DNA of 64,000 bases from a virus. A program made the position numbers and the translations under genes. Below are positions 36,752 through 47,325 of the stretch, piece after piece. The notes below the pieces were generated by a model, which saw only the letters and a program-made list of their open reading frames with translations, was not told where the DNA came from and searched no databases. The stretch is from IMG/VR virus record IMGVR_UViG_3300005529_000024, positions 64,001 to 128,000 of that record. One strand, written 5' to 3'. The first letter of the stretch is position 1; every line of letters begins with the position of its first letter.

Positions 36752-39561
36752 TGAGTTCTGGTGATTTTGATCTCTTATCCAAAATATCGGATAGGGATGA
36801 TTTTGCTAAGTATAAGCATGATCAGTTTAACAAGGGTCGTGACTTTAGCGATATCCTACGAACGTATACAAGTAAATGTCATTCTTGTGATCTATGCTTT
36901 GGCGCAAAGAATATCAAACTAGATTATCGTGGCGCATCAAACCCGAAAATTCTGATAGTGGGTGACGCTCCAGGTGCTACCGAGAACGAGCGTGGTGTTT
37001 CCTTCGTTGGTACAACAAGTGATCTCCTCGTTCGTTCATTGGGTGAAGCCGGGATAGCTTCTGCTGAGGTTGCTTTTACCAATTTGGTTCGTTGTATCCC
37101 TTGGGCACAGGATCATAAGAGCAACAGACAACCAACAGAATCTGAAATAAATGCTTGCATCGGATATCTCTATGAGGAGATAAAACTTTTAGATCCTAAA
37201 GTCATAGTCACGTTAGGCAATACCGCATATACAGCATTAACAAAAGATGCTTCCCCACTTATAATTGTTAGAGGGAATAAGCGAGAGATAACCGTAGACG
37301 GAAGAGCATATCCTCTGATACCGACTTATCATCCATCGTATATCTTTCGTGGTGGTGCTAAGGTAGCCGATCTTATTGCTGATCTTCGCATTGTGGCGAA
37401 TATGTTTGATCAGCGAACCAAAGACTATGCTTTCTTTAATACGGTCGAAGAACTGGAATCCTATGTAGATCTTGTAATAGAGGAACATAAGCAGAATAAG
37501 CTCTACGCTGGTTTTATTTCGTGCGACCTTGAATGGAAGGGAGCGAAAGATGATAGCTTCAATGCCTTTAAGAAAGAATGCATCATATCATCTATCCAGC
37601 TTTGCCATGCTCCTTATTTTGGCCGCGTCATTCTCTGGGATCATGAGCAGTCTAACTTTAAGGATGAGTTAAGTAAATCCCGTATTCGCGCTGCTTTACA
37701 GAGATTATTCGATACTGTTCCAGTAGGGAACCACAACATAAAAGCTGATTATAAGATGATGAAGTATCGCGTTGGTGTGGAAATGCGTCATGTTGTATTC
37801 TGCACCATGCTTTCACATCATTATCTTGTAGTAGACTCGGAACCTAACGATATCGAATATGTCGCTGGTAAGTATGCTGGTATGCCGAAGTGGGATCATC
37901 AGTCTGCTGGCTGGAAGAGCAAGATGGATCAATGCCCACTCGATATTCTCTTGGATTACGGCTGTTGCGACGTTGACGCAGTAATACGTGTTGCCCCCCT
38001 CATCAAAAAAGAACTTATCGATAAGGGCATGTACGATTCTTATATGCGCTTGAGTAATCGAGCGATTGTTCCTGTGGCCGATCTTGAAAGCAATGGTCTC
38101 CCTGTGGATTACCAGAAGCATAGAGAGTTGGTAGAAAAATATGAGAAAAAGTTTAATGAGTTCCTGGCTCAGATGCAGGAGTATGCTGAGGTTAAACAGA
38201 CAAGCGAATTATACGGCAAGTTTATGCCTAACTATTATCAGTGGCTTCATATTCTCTATTTTGATGTTCTAAAGTTACCTGGCTTCGAATGGAATAAGTC
38301 TAAGACTCTGTATTCCACAGATGTTGATACAAGAGAGAAATTACTTGAATATTGCAAGTCTAAAGGCGTTCTAGGCAAGGAGATGGTCATTGATAAGAAA
38401 GCTCTTGATCGTGTAGTTGATTTTGATCGTGCATTTGAGATTGTGAATCTAACACACGAATATAAGAAAATGCATGGGCTTCTTACAAAGTTTCTATATC
38501 CCTTATCGCTATATTTTTCTGATGACGGGAGTGTCCATCCAGGGTATAAAATCGCTGCTGCTCGAACCGCTAGAACTCTATCGGAAGATCCATCTGCACA
38601 TACGCTACCACCTCGAACGGATATTAAGGATATGTTTGTCTCCAGGTGGGCGACTTCTGGTGGTGTCATATTAAAGGGTGACGAATCACAGCTAGAGCTT
38701 AGAATTTTGGCTGTCTTGTCTAAAGATCCTGGTCTGAATGAAGCATTCAACGCTGGTAAAGACGTTCATAGATATGTGGCGTCTCGTGTCTTTAAATGTA
38801 AAGAAGCTGAAGTTACTAAGGATCAACGGCGTCTTTCTAAGGCAATCAGTTTTGGTATCGTCTTCCAGGGTGGTCCTGGTCTCATTGCGCTGACAACTGG
38901 ATTGACATTTGATGAAGCTAAAAAGCTGATTGATGACTTTTTCACGATGTTCCCTGCCGTTCAAGCCTTTATGCATGGATGTATCGAAACAGCACGAGAA
39001 ACAGGTATCGTAAAAATACCTATGGGTCGTTTCCGTCCTATTGATAATATGAACTCTCCGGATAATGCGAAACGAACTTATGCGGAACGTCAGTGTGGCA
39101 ATACTCCTATTCAGGGAGGTGCAGCTTTACTTGTTCTTGATTGTGCTCTGAACCTATATGAGGATGTTAAAAAATCGAATTTAAAGAGTAGATGGATTGA
39201 ATATACTCATGATTCTTCTGGCTATGATGTCTATCCAGGAGAACTTTTCCCGATCATGAAGAAGATTAAATTTCACATGCAGGAGAATGTTTCTCTGACT
39301 AATCCTTGGGTTACAGTCCCAATTTTAACAGATTTTGAACTTGGTGCCGATTGTGGGTTTATGCCTGGAATTGATAAGTTCCATATCGAAAATGATTACA
39401 ATGGCATCTTAGAGATCAAAGGCTTCCCAGAAAAAGTTCATAAGTTATTGGGAGAATTGGATGTTGTCTACAATTTAGATTATAAATTTAGTGAAAAAGA
39501 TAAAGAAGGTAACATAAAGGGTGAAGTAAAAATGGAAATGCGCGAAGAATGGATATCCTAA
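36751..39561 (+). CDS. Family A DNA polymerase with N-terminal family-4 uracil-DNA-glycosylase-like domain and 3'-5' exonuclease
   Basis: UDG: CHSCDLC, VGDAPG, TNLVRC, TYHPSY; Exo: CDLE, HNIKADY, YGCCD; Pol: DESQLELR, RRLSKAISFG, NTPIQG, THDS. Confidence 0.92.
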   Translation: MSSGDFDLLSKISDRDDFAKYKHDQFNKGRDFSDILRTYTSKCHSCDLCFGAKNIKLDYRGASNPKILIVGDAPGATENERGVSFVGTTSDLLVRSLGEAGIASAEVAFTNLVRCIPWAQDHKSNRQPTESEINACIGYLYEEIKLLDPKVIVTLGNTAYTALTKDASPLIIVRGNKREITVDGRAYPLIPTYHPSYIFRGGAKVADLIADLRIVANMFDQRTKDYAFFNTVEELESYVDLVIEEHKQNKLYAGFISCDLEWKGAKDDSFNAFKKECIISSIQLCHAPYFGRVILWDHEQSNFKDELSKSRIRAALQRLFDTVPVGNHNIKADYKMMKYRVGVEMRHVVFCTMLSHHYLVVDSEPNDIEYVAGKYAGMPKWDHQSAGWKSKMDQCPLDILLDYGCCDVDAVIRVAPLIKKELIDKGMYDSYMRLSNRAIVPVADLESNGLPVDYQKHRELVEKYEKKFNEFLAQMQEYAEVKQTSELYGKFMPNYYQWLHILYFDVLKLPGFEWNKSKTLYSTDVDTREKLLEYCKSKGVLGKEMVIDKKALDRVVDFDRAFEIVNLTHEYKKMHGLLTKFLYPLSLYFSDDGSVHPGYKIAAARTARTLSEDPSAHTLPPRTDIKDMFVSRWATSGGVILKGDESQLELRILAVLSKDPGLNEAFNAGKDVHRYVASRVFKCKEAEVTKDQRRLSKAISFGIVFQGGPGLIALTTGLTFDEAKKLIDDFFTMFPAVQAFMHGCIETARETGIVKIPMGRFRPIDNMNSPDNAKRTYAERQCGNTPIQGGAALLVLDCALNLYEDVKKSNLKSRWIEYTHDSSGYDVYPGELFPIMKKIKFHMQENVSLTNPWVTVPILTDFELGADCGFMPGIDKFHIENDYNGILEIKGFPEKVHKLLGELDVVYNLDYKFSEKDKEGNIKGEVKMEMREEWIS

Positions 39562-39583
39562 CTTCTAACTTTTCGCGTCTTGG
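39554..39583 (+). promoter_or_regulatory. Phage-specific promoter-like motif, copy 3 (divergent spacer)
   Basis: TATCCTAACTTCTAACTTTTCGCGTCTTGG aligns without gaps to the other three copies. Confidence 0.55.
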
Positions 39584-39606
39584 AAGATAAACTAGGAGTG
39601 TGTAGA

Positions 39607-40056
39607 ATGCTTAATGATATTTTAGATTTTGTTAGACATGAGGTTGTTTCCAACCCAAGTATCTCAGATGTCTCTTCAAAGAATCTGCTGAGCTTTCTTG
39701 AGTTAATTAAGATCAACGAGTTTACCAAAGATAGCTTGAATGATGTTTTGCGGACACATTCTGAATTAGTCGTTGCCACTGGATGGATTTATGATCAATG
39801 GGTTGCACGAAGAGAGAAACTTCATGCTGATCTGTATAAGAGATTTAATGTTGAACTGAGGAATAGTAACTCAGGCAGAGTTACAGAAGCAGCTATCGAA
39901 GCTGAGATCATGTCAGAAACTTCTTACGTTGAGGCGTTTTTATTGTCGCGTTTATATGATCGTTTAAAAGATGCAGTCACTGTGCGTGGAAAAATGCTCG
40001 AACAGTTGTCTAATAATACTAGACAGGAAAATAGGGACTTAGAGAAAAATGCTTGA
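39607..40056 (+). CDS. Putative recombination mediator (UvsY-like)
   Basis: Helical; RVTEAAIEAEI...RGKMLEQL; precedes SSB and RecA; start moved to the ATG after AGGAG. Confidence 0.45.
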   Translation: MLNDILDFVRHEVVSNPSISDVSSKNLLSFLELIKINEFTKDSLNDVLRTHSELVVATGWIYDQWVARREKLHADLYKRFNVELRNSNSGRVTEAAIEAEIMSETSYVEAFLLSRLYDRLKDAVTVRGKMLEQLSNNTRQENRDLEKNA

Positions 40057-40603
40057 TATCTTAACACTTTTAAATTGTATTAGCGATGCTGACTTAAGGT
40101 CAAAGTATGTCAAGCTTTATATGGAGAATAAGCATTTATTCACAGAGTATCCGGCATCAACCAAATATCATCATAGCTGGAAATGTGGGCTGGATGAGCA
40201 TACAAAAGAGGTAATGAACCTTTGTGTTCAGTTTTTCAAGGTGTTCAATGCTGATATGCAGTCTAAAGGCATCACAGCCGATGACGCAATTATTTGTGGA
40301 TTCATTCATGATTTGGATAAGCTAGGTAAATATGCACCTAACAGTGTCCCTCCTGAATCCGCAAAGCAAGAGTTTGTATACAACAATAATAGATTGGATG
40401 CAAGCTCAGTAGGTAGGACAGTTAATATCTTGTCAAAATATGGCATTACTCTAACTGATGCCCAATTGAATGCGTTGACTTTTACTGAGGGTGGATGGAG
40501 TGTTGAATCTAAAGCAAGATCAAACTCAAAACCCGAACCACTGGCTGTCTTAGTACACATGGCCGATTTATATTCAACTTATTTTTGGGGCTATAAAAAA
40601 TAA
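40049..40603 (+). CDS. HD-domain phosphohydrolase
   Basis: PASTKYHH...GLDEHT, IHDLDK, HMADL. Confidence 0.85.
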   Translation: MLDILTLLNCISDADLRSKYVKLYMENKHLFTEYPASTKYHHSWKCGLDEHTKEVMNLCVQFFKVFNADMQSKGITADDAIICGFIHDLDKLGKYAPNSVPPESAKQEFVYNNNRLDASSVGRTVNILSKYGITLTDAQLNALTFTEGGWSVESKARSNSKPEPLAVLVHMADLYSTYFWGYKK

Positions 40604-40614
40604 CGGAGGAAATA

Positions 40615-41619
40615 ATGGAAGAATTTACTATCGATATGAACAAAGCGAAGGCGAATGCTCAGGAAATTAAAAAGAGTGAAGAGGAGCGTTCACAAGGTAA
40701 GTCTGATACTCGTTGGTATTCCTTGACACAAGGCATGCACATTCTGAGGTTTATGCCGCCTTGGTCTCGTGAGATGGCCGCTGAAGCAAAATTTGATATC
40801 CCGGTTTATCAACATGGGAATATTCCAAATCATGACGATAAGTCAACATATAAATCCTGGACCTATACCTGTCCTACTTGGACATTCCCTGATCTTCGTG
40901 TTGAGTGTCCTATTTGTAAAATTATCGAGCAATTAAAACAGCAGTCTCCAGCGGATTTTAAGCGATTTGAGGCAAGGCCAAAATATCTCGCTAATGTTTT
41001 CCCGCGTCAAGCTGAAACAAAGACTGATCTAGCAAAAAAGGGATTCGCTCTTAATTCCGGATGGTGGTATCCAGTTAATTCCCTTATTTATGTTGTCGGT
41101 TATCCTCCTACTATTCATAATGCTCTGGCGAAACTATTGGATAATCCTGCCGTAGGTAATTTCCTATCGGCTAACGAGGGTGTTGATATTGTAATCACAC
41201 GTGGCCCTGAAGGATCTAATCCTCTGTATACAGTCACCAATGCTGCTCAAAGAAGCAAACTCCATGATGACCCTGTTACCGCTTCTGCGCTGTTAAATGG
41301 CATGTATGATATTAATAAGCTCAGCATTTTGAAGAAGCCGGATGATGCTTATCTTGAAAATCTTAAGAAGGCCGCTATTAAGCTTGCAGCTATCTATTCT
41401 CTTCCTGTAGCTAATCCTCCTGGTGGTCAGCATTCTGGTACTCAGCAACCTTCTACTCAACAGGCACCTCCACCTTTGTTTCCTCCAGCTTCAGCTACCA
41501 ATACAAAGAAGTGTCCTGATGGTCAAGACAGTTTCGGCAAGTACCGTAGTGCGGGTGTTTGTATGCCTTGCCCTTGGGAAATGGAATGCAAATCTATAAC
41601 TAACGCTAATAGGAAATAA
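40615..41619 (+). CDS. Single-stranded DNA-binding protein (gp32-like)
   Basis: LRFMPPW, H...CP...CPIC, GVDIVITR; next to RecA. Confidence 0.75.
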   Translation: MEEFTIDMNKAKANAQEIKKSEEERSQGKSDTRWYSLTQGMHILRFMPPWSREMAAEAKFDIPVYQHGNIPNHDDKSTYKSWTYTCPTWTFPDLRVECPICKIIEQLKQQSPADFKRFEARPKYLANVFPRQAETKTDLAKKGFALNSGWWYPVNSLIYVVGYPPTIHNALAKLLDNPAVGNFLSANEGVDIVITRGPEGSNPLYTVTNAAQRSKLHDDPVTASALLNGMYDINKLSILKKPDDAYLENLKKAAIKLAAIYSLPVANPPGGQHSGTQQPSTQQAPPPLFPPASATNTKKCPDGQDSFGKYRSAGVCMPCPWEMECKSITNANRK

Positions 41620-41629
41620 AGGGGCGACA

Positions 41630-42673
41630 ATGGCTTTAACACCTAAAGAAGTTATTGAAGCAATTAACAAGGCAATGAAGACTGAGGTAACTCAGATCGG
41701 TACGGAGCATCTGCTTTCAGATGTTCCGTATTTTATTTCTACTAGTTCTACCCTTCTTGATCTCGCATTGGGAGGAGGTATTGCTGGTAGACGTATCGTA
41801 GAACTTTATGCGTCCGAGTCAGAAGGTAAATCCACAATAGCCACACATATTCTTGCCAATGTGCAGAAGGCCGGTGGGCTGGCTATGTTGATCGATTCCG
41901 AAACTACAATCGAGCGTAGTAGATCAGAACGTATTGGTCTGGATATGTCTCAGGTCATCATGAACTATGCTTCTACTGTGGAAGATGGTTTTGATTCAAT
42001 CCGTGTTCTTCTGGAGAAGATTGCAGCGTCACCTAAACGTGCAGAAGATCCGACACAGCCTGTTGTAATCGTGTGGGATACTATTGCTGCCGTTCCAACA
42101 ATCGCTGAAAAGGAAAAAGGTAAGTTCGGTGGTGGGCAAGCGGAACGTCCCCGTATTATTCGTGGTGGACTGCGCTTAATCAGTATGCCGTTAGCAAAAG
42201 CTAATGCTGTTCTGATCCTTAATAACCATCTGATCTCTTCTCTCAATCCTTATTCTCCGGTTACTACTCCAGGAGGTACTGGTCCTAAACTCTTTGCGAC
42301 TCATCGAATCTGGTTAAAGAGATCTGGACTATGGAAAGACCCTGTTACTGATGTTGAGAAGGGTATTATTGTCCGGGCTAAGATTATGAAAAACAAACTT
42401 GGTCCCCCGTTAAAAGAACCTGAGATCGTCATCATGTTCGAGAACGGTATTGATGATAACTGGAGTCTTTTCACTTATGCCTCTGATGATGAAGTAAAGA
42501 TCATTGAGCGTGGTGGGGCTTGGTATTCATTTAACTTCCCAGATGAGAAGGGGAACATTATTACCAAGAAGTTCCATCAAAAAGACTTTCCTAAGCTTTG
42601 TATTGATCATCCAGGATTGATTCCTCAGTTGAAGAAGAGAGTGACGGATTATTGGAATGGCAATGGAGTTTGA
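41630..42673 (+). CDS. recA: RecA/UvsX-like recombinase
   Basis: LDLALGGGI..RIVELY.SESEGKST, IDSE, VWDTIAA, TPGG, KNKLGPP, GAWY. Confidence 0.9.
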   Translation: MALTPKEVIEAINKAMKTEVTQIGTEHLLSDVPYFISTSSTLLDLALGGGIAGRRIVELYASESEGKSTIATHILANVQKAGGLAMLIDSETTIERSRSERIGLDMSQVIMNYASTVEDGFDSIRVLLEKIAASPKRAEDPTQPVVIVWDTIAAVPTIAEKEKGKFGGGQAERPRIIRGGLRLISMPLAKANAVLILNNHLISSLNPYSPVTTPGGTGPKLFATHRIWLKRSGLWKDPVTDVEKGIIVRAKIMKNKLGPPLKEPEIVIMFENGIDDNWSLFTYASDDEVKIIERGGAWYSFNFPDEKGNIITKKFHQKDFPKLCIDHPGLIPQLKKRVTDYWNGNGV

Positions 42674-43715
42674 TAAGGTAGTATCTGCTTTCAGTAGTGA
42701 GCCTGCAAAGCTTCTAATATTCGACGGAAACGCTGCGTTACATCGTGTCCTGCATATTCCAGCGTTATTGGGTATGCGTGTTGAGGATGTCCCTACAGGC
42801 GGTATCAATGGCATGATGAAGGTCATAAGAAAGGAGTTATCCCTCTTTGATCCTCATCATGCCATATTCGTTTGGGATTCCAGTAGCCTGAGTAAGCGTC
42901 GTTTATCTCTTTATCCAGACTACAAAGCAACACGTCCTGGTAGGAGTGAGCCAAAGACATTAGAGGAAGCAGAAAAGCGAGCAGAATATTCAGCTTTATT
43001 TTCATGCCAGAAATCCAGGATTGATTGTATGTTAAACGATCTTGGCATTTACAGCGTATCTTTAGATGGGTACGAGGCTGACGATATAATTGCTTTTTTG
43101 GCACGTGAGTTCTCTGCCAGTATGCAGGTATGCATTGTAAGCGATGACTTTGACATGTGTATGCTGATCGATAAGAATATTTCTGTGCATAGGCCGATTA
43201 ATGAGGAGCTTATTTCTATCGATAACGCTAAGGAGAAGTTAACTGTAACCCCAGAGATGTACATGTTTATAAAGGTACTGTGTGGGGATAAATCCGATAA
43301 TCTTGATGGAGTGCCGAAGGTTGGACCAAGTACGGCTGAATATATAGTCTCAAAAATGACAGCACCTACTATTGAGAATCTTGTGTCTACTTGTAACGAT
43401 ATCATAAGCTCTTCTGTCGAGGCTACATCCCAGGTTAAAAAACGTGTCCACTCAGTTTTAGGTAATCTGGATATAGTTAAACGCAATGTTGATATGATTG
43501 ATCTATCGAAGGAGTATTTCAGCGAAGCAGATATTAATAAGATCGGATCTATACTGAGTTTTCCTGTTAAAGCAAATGAGCGCAATATAGAGATGATTTT
43601 TAATAAATATCAGTTTAATGCGCTGACACAGTTTTTCCGAAATTGGTTTACTCCTTTTCTACGTTTGAAGCCACTTGAGGTAGGGTTGATGCATGGAAGA
43701 ACATTTATCAGATAG
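42657..43715 (+). CDS. 5'-3' exonuclease / flap endonuclease (RNase H-like)
   Basis: FDGN, YPDYKATR, YEADDII, SDDFD, GDKSDNLDGVPKVGP. Confidence 0.9.
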   Translation: MAMEFDKVVSAFSSEPAKLLIFDGNAALHRVLHIPALLGMRVEDVPTGGINGMMKVIRKELSLFDPHHAIFVWDSSSLSKRRLSLYPDYKATRPGRSEPKTLEEAEKRAEYSALFSCQKSRIDCMLNDLGIYSVSLDGYEADDIIAFLAREFSASMQVCIVSDDFDMCMLIDKNISVHRPINEELISIDNAKEKLTVTPEMYMFIKVLCGDKSDNLDGVPKVGPSTAEYIVSKMTAPTIENLVSTCNDIISSSVEATSQVKKRVHSVLGNLDIVKRNVDMIDLSKEYFSEADINKIGSILSFPVKANERNIEMIFNKYQFNALTQFFRNWFTPFLRLKPLEVGLMHGRTFIR

Positions 43716-44397
43716 TTGTATAAATTGGGATAACGTGAACGTTCTTGTTTTCTCGGAATGTAACAATATCGATCTCTATTTTTCAAATGCTAGAAAATTT
43801 GTTGAGAATAATTATCTTGATCAATTAAATTATTTTAGGGGATTGCGCCCTGAGCATATTACAGAGAATAAATTCATAGACGAATATGTGTGGGTTGTAT
43901 ATGCAAGCGGGTTTAACGCATCTGTATTAAGTAAGAAATGGGACAAACTAAAGTCGATATATTCACAGATATACATAGATCTAGGATTTACATCGCTTTT
44001 TTCATATGATATCGAGAAATCATTAAAAGAGGCTTGCGAATTAATCAATAGGAGGGATAAGGCTGGTTCTATTGTTCGCGTTTTAACCGAGCTAGATAGT
44101 ATTGGATATGCCGCGTTTAGAAATAAATATCTCTCTAATCTTGATTCTATGATGGACTTACCATTTATTGGTCCTACTACTAAATATCATCTTGGGCGTA
44201 ATCTTGGTATAGATTGTGTGAAGCCCGATGTGCATCTAGTTAGAATGGCAGAATATTTTGGATTTTCTACACCCTTGGCAATGTGTGAATATCTAGGTAC
44301 GAATTATAATGAGCGTATTGGAGTTGTGGACTTGATCCTCTGGTATGCTGCTTCAACATTCGGTACACAGCATATGAGGAGTATGCAGTTAAAATGA
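43693..44397 (+). CDS. HhH-superfamily DNA glycosylase-like protein
   Basis: LPFIGPTTKYHLGRNLG..VKPDVHL helix-hairpin-helix with the downstream conserved Asp. Confidence 0.65.
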   Translation: MEEHLSDSCINWDNVNVLVFSECNNIDLYFSNARKFVENNYLDQLNYFRGLRPEHITENKFIDEYVWVVYASGFNASVLSKKWDKLKSIYSQIYIDLGFTSLFSYDIEKSLKEACELINRRDKAGSIVRVLTELDSIGYAAFRNKYLSNLDSMMDLPFIGPTTKYHLGRNLGIDCVKPDVHLVRMAEYFGFSTPLAMCEYLGTNYNERIGVVDLILWYAASTFGTQHMRSMQLK

Positions 44398-45428
44398 AGC
44401 TTTTAATTTATTCTGATGTGCATGTCAGTCCATATGGGGAGTTCTCAAAACCGTCTCCTAACTATTACACTCCACGGATGGGGCATCTTTTAAATACAGC
44501 ATCTTGGATTGCTGAGCGCATTATCAGTGAGAAGCCAGATTTCGTTATCAATGCTGGAGACTTCTTTAATTCAGCGCATCAACTTGATCCGCTTAGTATC
44601 TACACTGGTTGTGAGTTTATATCTCGTGTATCGGATGCTTGCTCTTCTGTAAAGGCACAGCACATAATAATATATGGGAACCATGACTCGATAGCTGATT
44701 CTGTTCACTGTCTCCATCCTTTCAAGATTCAAGCTACTGTTGTAGAGGATGCTAAACAGATAGATGACATCTTGTTTATATCAAACACACGTAATCTTGA
44801 TAATGTCCGAGAAGTTTTTAAGAAACATGGAACAGCTAGATATGCTGTAGTACACCAGGATATAAAAAATGGGTGGATGAATGCTGGCATAAAGTCATCT
44901 GGTGGATTGGATGAGTCTTATTTCGGGGATAATATAGAGCGTGTCTATTCAGGACATTATCATCATCCACAGCAGGTAGGTCGTATAACAGTAGTCGGAA
45001 GTGTAATGCATCATAACTTCAATGATGATTTCAAGATTGATCGTGGTATTGTCGTAGCTGATGATACAAAATATGAGCTTATAAAAAATCCTTGCTCTCC
45101 TTTGTATAGAAAAGTTGATATCGATGATCTATATAAACTTCAGTCATGCATTACATCTGAAAAAGCTGATGAAGAGGTTTACTATTGGATAAGGTGTTCC
45201 TCCAGCATAAAGAGAGATGTGATGGATAAACTCTCCGGTGAGGGCAACATAAGAATTACAGAGATACCAGAAGATTCTACTGTTAAGGTCATAGAGTCAG
45301 ATCATAGAACAGATCCGTATGAAGCTCTTAGGGAGAAGGTTGATCGTGACATAAACATAATCCAGGATCTAGATAAAGAAAAAGTATTATCAATAGGAAA
45401 GAGTATTATAAACTCAAGTGGGAATTAG
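44394..45428 (+). CDS. Mre11/SbcD-like nuclease (gp47-like)
   Basis: SDVH, AGDFF, GNHD, HQ, SGHYH motifs. Confidence 0.9.
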   Translation: MKLLIYSDVHVSPYGEFSKPSPNYYTPRMGHLLNTASWIAERIISEKPDFVINAGDFFNSAHQLDPLSIYTGCEFISRVSDACSSVKAQHIIIYGNHDSIADSVHCLHPFKIQATVVEDAKQIDDILFISNTRNLDNVREVFKKHGTARYAVVHQDIKNGWMNAGIKSSGGLDESYFGDNIERVYSGHYHHPQQVGRITVVGSVMHHNFNDDFKIDRGIVVADDTKYELIKNPCSPLYRKVDIDDLYKLQSCITSEKADEEVYYWIRCSSSIKRDVMDKLSGEGNIRITEIPEDSTVKVIESDHRTDPYEALREKVDRDINIIQDLDKEKVLSIGKSIINSSGN

Positions 45429-45429
45429 A

Positions 45430-45579
45430 ATGTTTTTACCTAAAAACTGGTTCATATTTTTTGGTTCTCTTTCTATGTTTAGCGGATCTATTTTTGAGTT
45501 TTATCGCGGTAATTATAGACTATCCACTGTTTATTTGTGTTATTCAACAGCTAACGCAATATTATCTTATATGGATTAG
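45430..45579 (+). CDS. 49-aa putative membrane protein
   Basis: MFLPKNWFIFFGSLSMFSGSIFEFYRGNYRLSTVYLCYSTANAILSYMD fills the sbcD-sbcC gap without overlap. Confidence 0.4.
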   Translation: MFLPKNWFIFFGSLSMFSGSIFEFYRGNYRLSTVYLCYSTANAILSYMD

Positions 45580-45588
45580 GATCAGGCA

Positions 45589-47325
45589 ATGTATTGTAAG
45601 ACTCTTAATGTCAAGAACTTCTTATCCATCTCTGAAGCGTCTCTTAATCTGGAAAACAGGAAGCTTGTTCTAATCGAGGGAGTGATAGAGGGTAGTAGCT
45701 CCATTGTTAGTAATGGTGCAGGGAAATCTTCTTTATTCGAAGCCATTTATTGGGTATTATTCGATACAACAAGTCGTGGCGTTAGTAAGGATCATGTTGT
45801 GAACAACGTGATCGGTAAGGATTGCGAAGTTGAACTTGTGTTCGATGAAGGGGGTAGCGAATATAAAGTAACCCGCACAAGAAAGCATGGTACAAAAGGC
45901 AATACGCTGGAGATTTATTGCGACGGTAAAAATATTTCCGGGTCTACATCATCCAATTCCCAGAAAGTTTTAAACTCTATTTTGCCATTCGACATGCTGC
46001 TTTTTGATAGTATAGTTTATCTATCACAAGGTATGCACAGTAAATTTATGTCGCGTAGTGACCTAGAAAAGAAGTCTATCATAGAGCAGATTCTTAATTC
46101 TCTTGTGTATGAAAAGTGTATAGCGATAACAAAGGAAAAGCTTTCTGCGTTCAAAAAATTTATCGATTCAAAGACGCAGGAACTTTCCAACGCGAAGAGA
46201 ACTCTGGAGCTTCGTAAGAATAACTATAACGCCAAGCTGACTGAGATTACCACAATCGAGAAGGATACACTTGAGAAAATCAAAGATGTTGAGTCTAGAA
46301 CTGTAGAACTGAATGGGCATCTCTTACAGCAAGAGGAGAAGGTTAAAAGTCTTTCCAATTCATATCAGGAGCAGTCAACCAAGCTGTCAGTAGCCAAAGA
46401 GGAATGTAAGAAAGCTTTAATTGCCTTGAAGGAATTAGAGTCTCTGGTGAAGCAGCATGAAAATAAGAAGTGTTCCGTGCATTGTCCTGAGTGTGGTGTT
46501 CATGTCTATGGTCAAAACACAGGGAGTGAAAAAGAGAATTATTGGAAGGTACAAAAGGAATATAATTTATTACGGGATAAGGAGGTCGAAGAGGATAAAT
46601 TATTTAATACAATTAGCTCTGAAATCAAACATACAAATTCACAAATAGATGCAATCAAGCGTAAGATCGTGTATCAGGATGAAATCATTGCTGGTCATAA
46701 AAAGTACATAGCACAGAGTTCAAGTATTTTAAAAGAAGCTGAGGAGGAACTGCGGTTATCAGATAACCTTTATAACTCGATTGATCAAGAGATTAGATCT
46801 TGTGAAGAGAATACAAAGTATTTCGAGTACCTAAATAAGGCATTCTTCGATATCAGGTCATTGGTATTAACTGATGCGCTTGATTGTGTGAACCAATCCT
46901 TGCAGGGTTATGTAGATGAATTATTTGGTTCTGGACTGAAGATTAAGGTACAGCCTATCAAGGAGAGCTTGACCGGCGAGATAACATCTAAGTTTTCTAT
47001 TCTCCTTATCGACAATGAGAACCGTACACGTGATTATGCATCTTTCAGCGAGGGAGAGCGGCGTAGAATAGATTTAGCTTTGCACATATCGCTGATAGAT
47101 CTATCCAGGAAATATAGTTCTTTCCGATGCAATATCCTCCTATTAGATGAAGTTTGCGAGAACTTGGACACCCAAGGAATGCTCAGTTTGGTCAATATCT
47201 TGAAACGTAAGCTTGAGCATACAGATACTATAATGCTGATAACTCATATACCATATTTAAAATCATTGATTCAAAATTCAATCACGATTGTAAAGAAAAA
47301 CGATTTATCTTATCTTAAAAATTAA
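45589..47325 (+). CDS. Rad50/SbcC-like ATPase (gp46-like)
   Basis: NGAGKSS, coiled coil with CPEC hook, FSEGERRR, LLLDE, ITH. Confidence 0.92.
   Translation: MYCKTLNVKNFLSISEASLNLENRKLVLIEGVIEGSSSIVSNGAGKSSLFEAIYWVLFDTTSRGVSKDHVVNNVIGKDCEVELVFDEGGSEYKVTRTRKHGTKGNTLEIYCDGKNISGSTSSNSQKVLNSILPFDMLLFDSIVYLSQGMHSKFMSRSDLEKKSIIEQILNSLVYEKCIAITKEKLSAFKKFIDSKTQELSNAKRTLELRKNNYNAKLTEITTIEKDTLEKIKDVESRTVELNGHLLQQEEKVKSLSNSYQEQSTKLSVAKEECKKALIALKELESLVKQHENKKCSVHCPECGVHVYGQNTGSEKENYWKVQKEYNLLRDKEVEEDKLFNTISSEIKHTNSQIDAIKRKIVYQDEIIAGHKKYIAQSSSILKEAEEELRLSDNLYNSIDQEIRSCEENTKYFEYLNKAFFDIRSLVLTDALDCVNQSLQGYVDELFGSGLKIKVQPIKESLTGEITSKFSILLIDNENRTRDYASFSEGERRRIDLALHISLIDLSRKYSSFRCNILLLDEVCENLDTQGMLSLVNILKRKLEHTDTIMLITHIPYLKSLIQNSITIVKKNDLSYLKN

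Noticed and set aside
45461-45673. ORF-track 70-aa hydrophobic ORF
   Set aside because: TTG start and 85-bp overlap with sbcC; the ATG ORF 45430..45579 fits the gap better.
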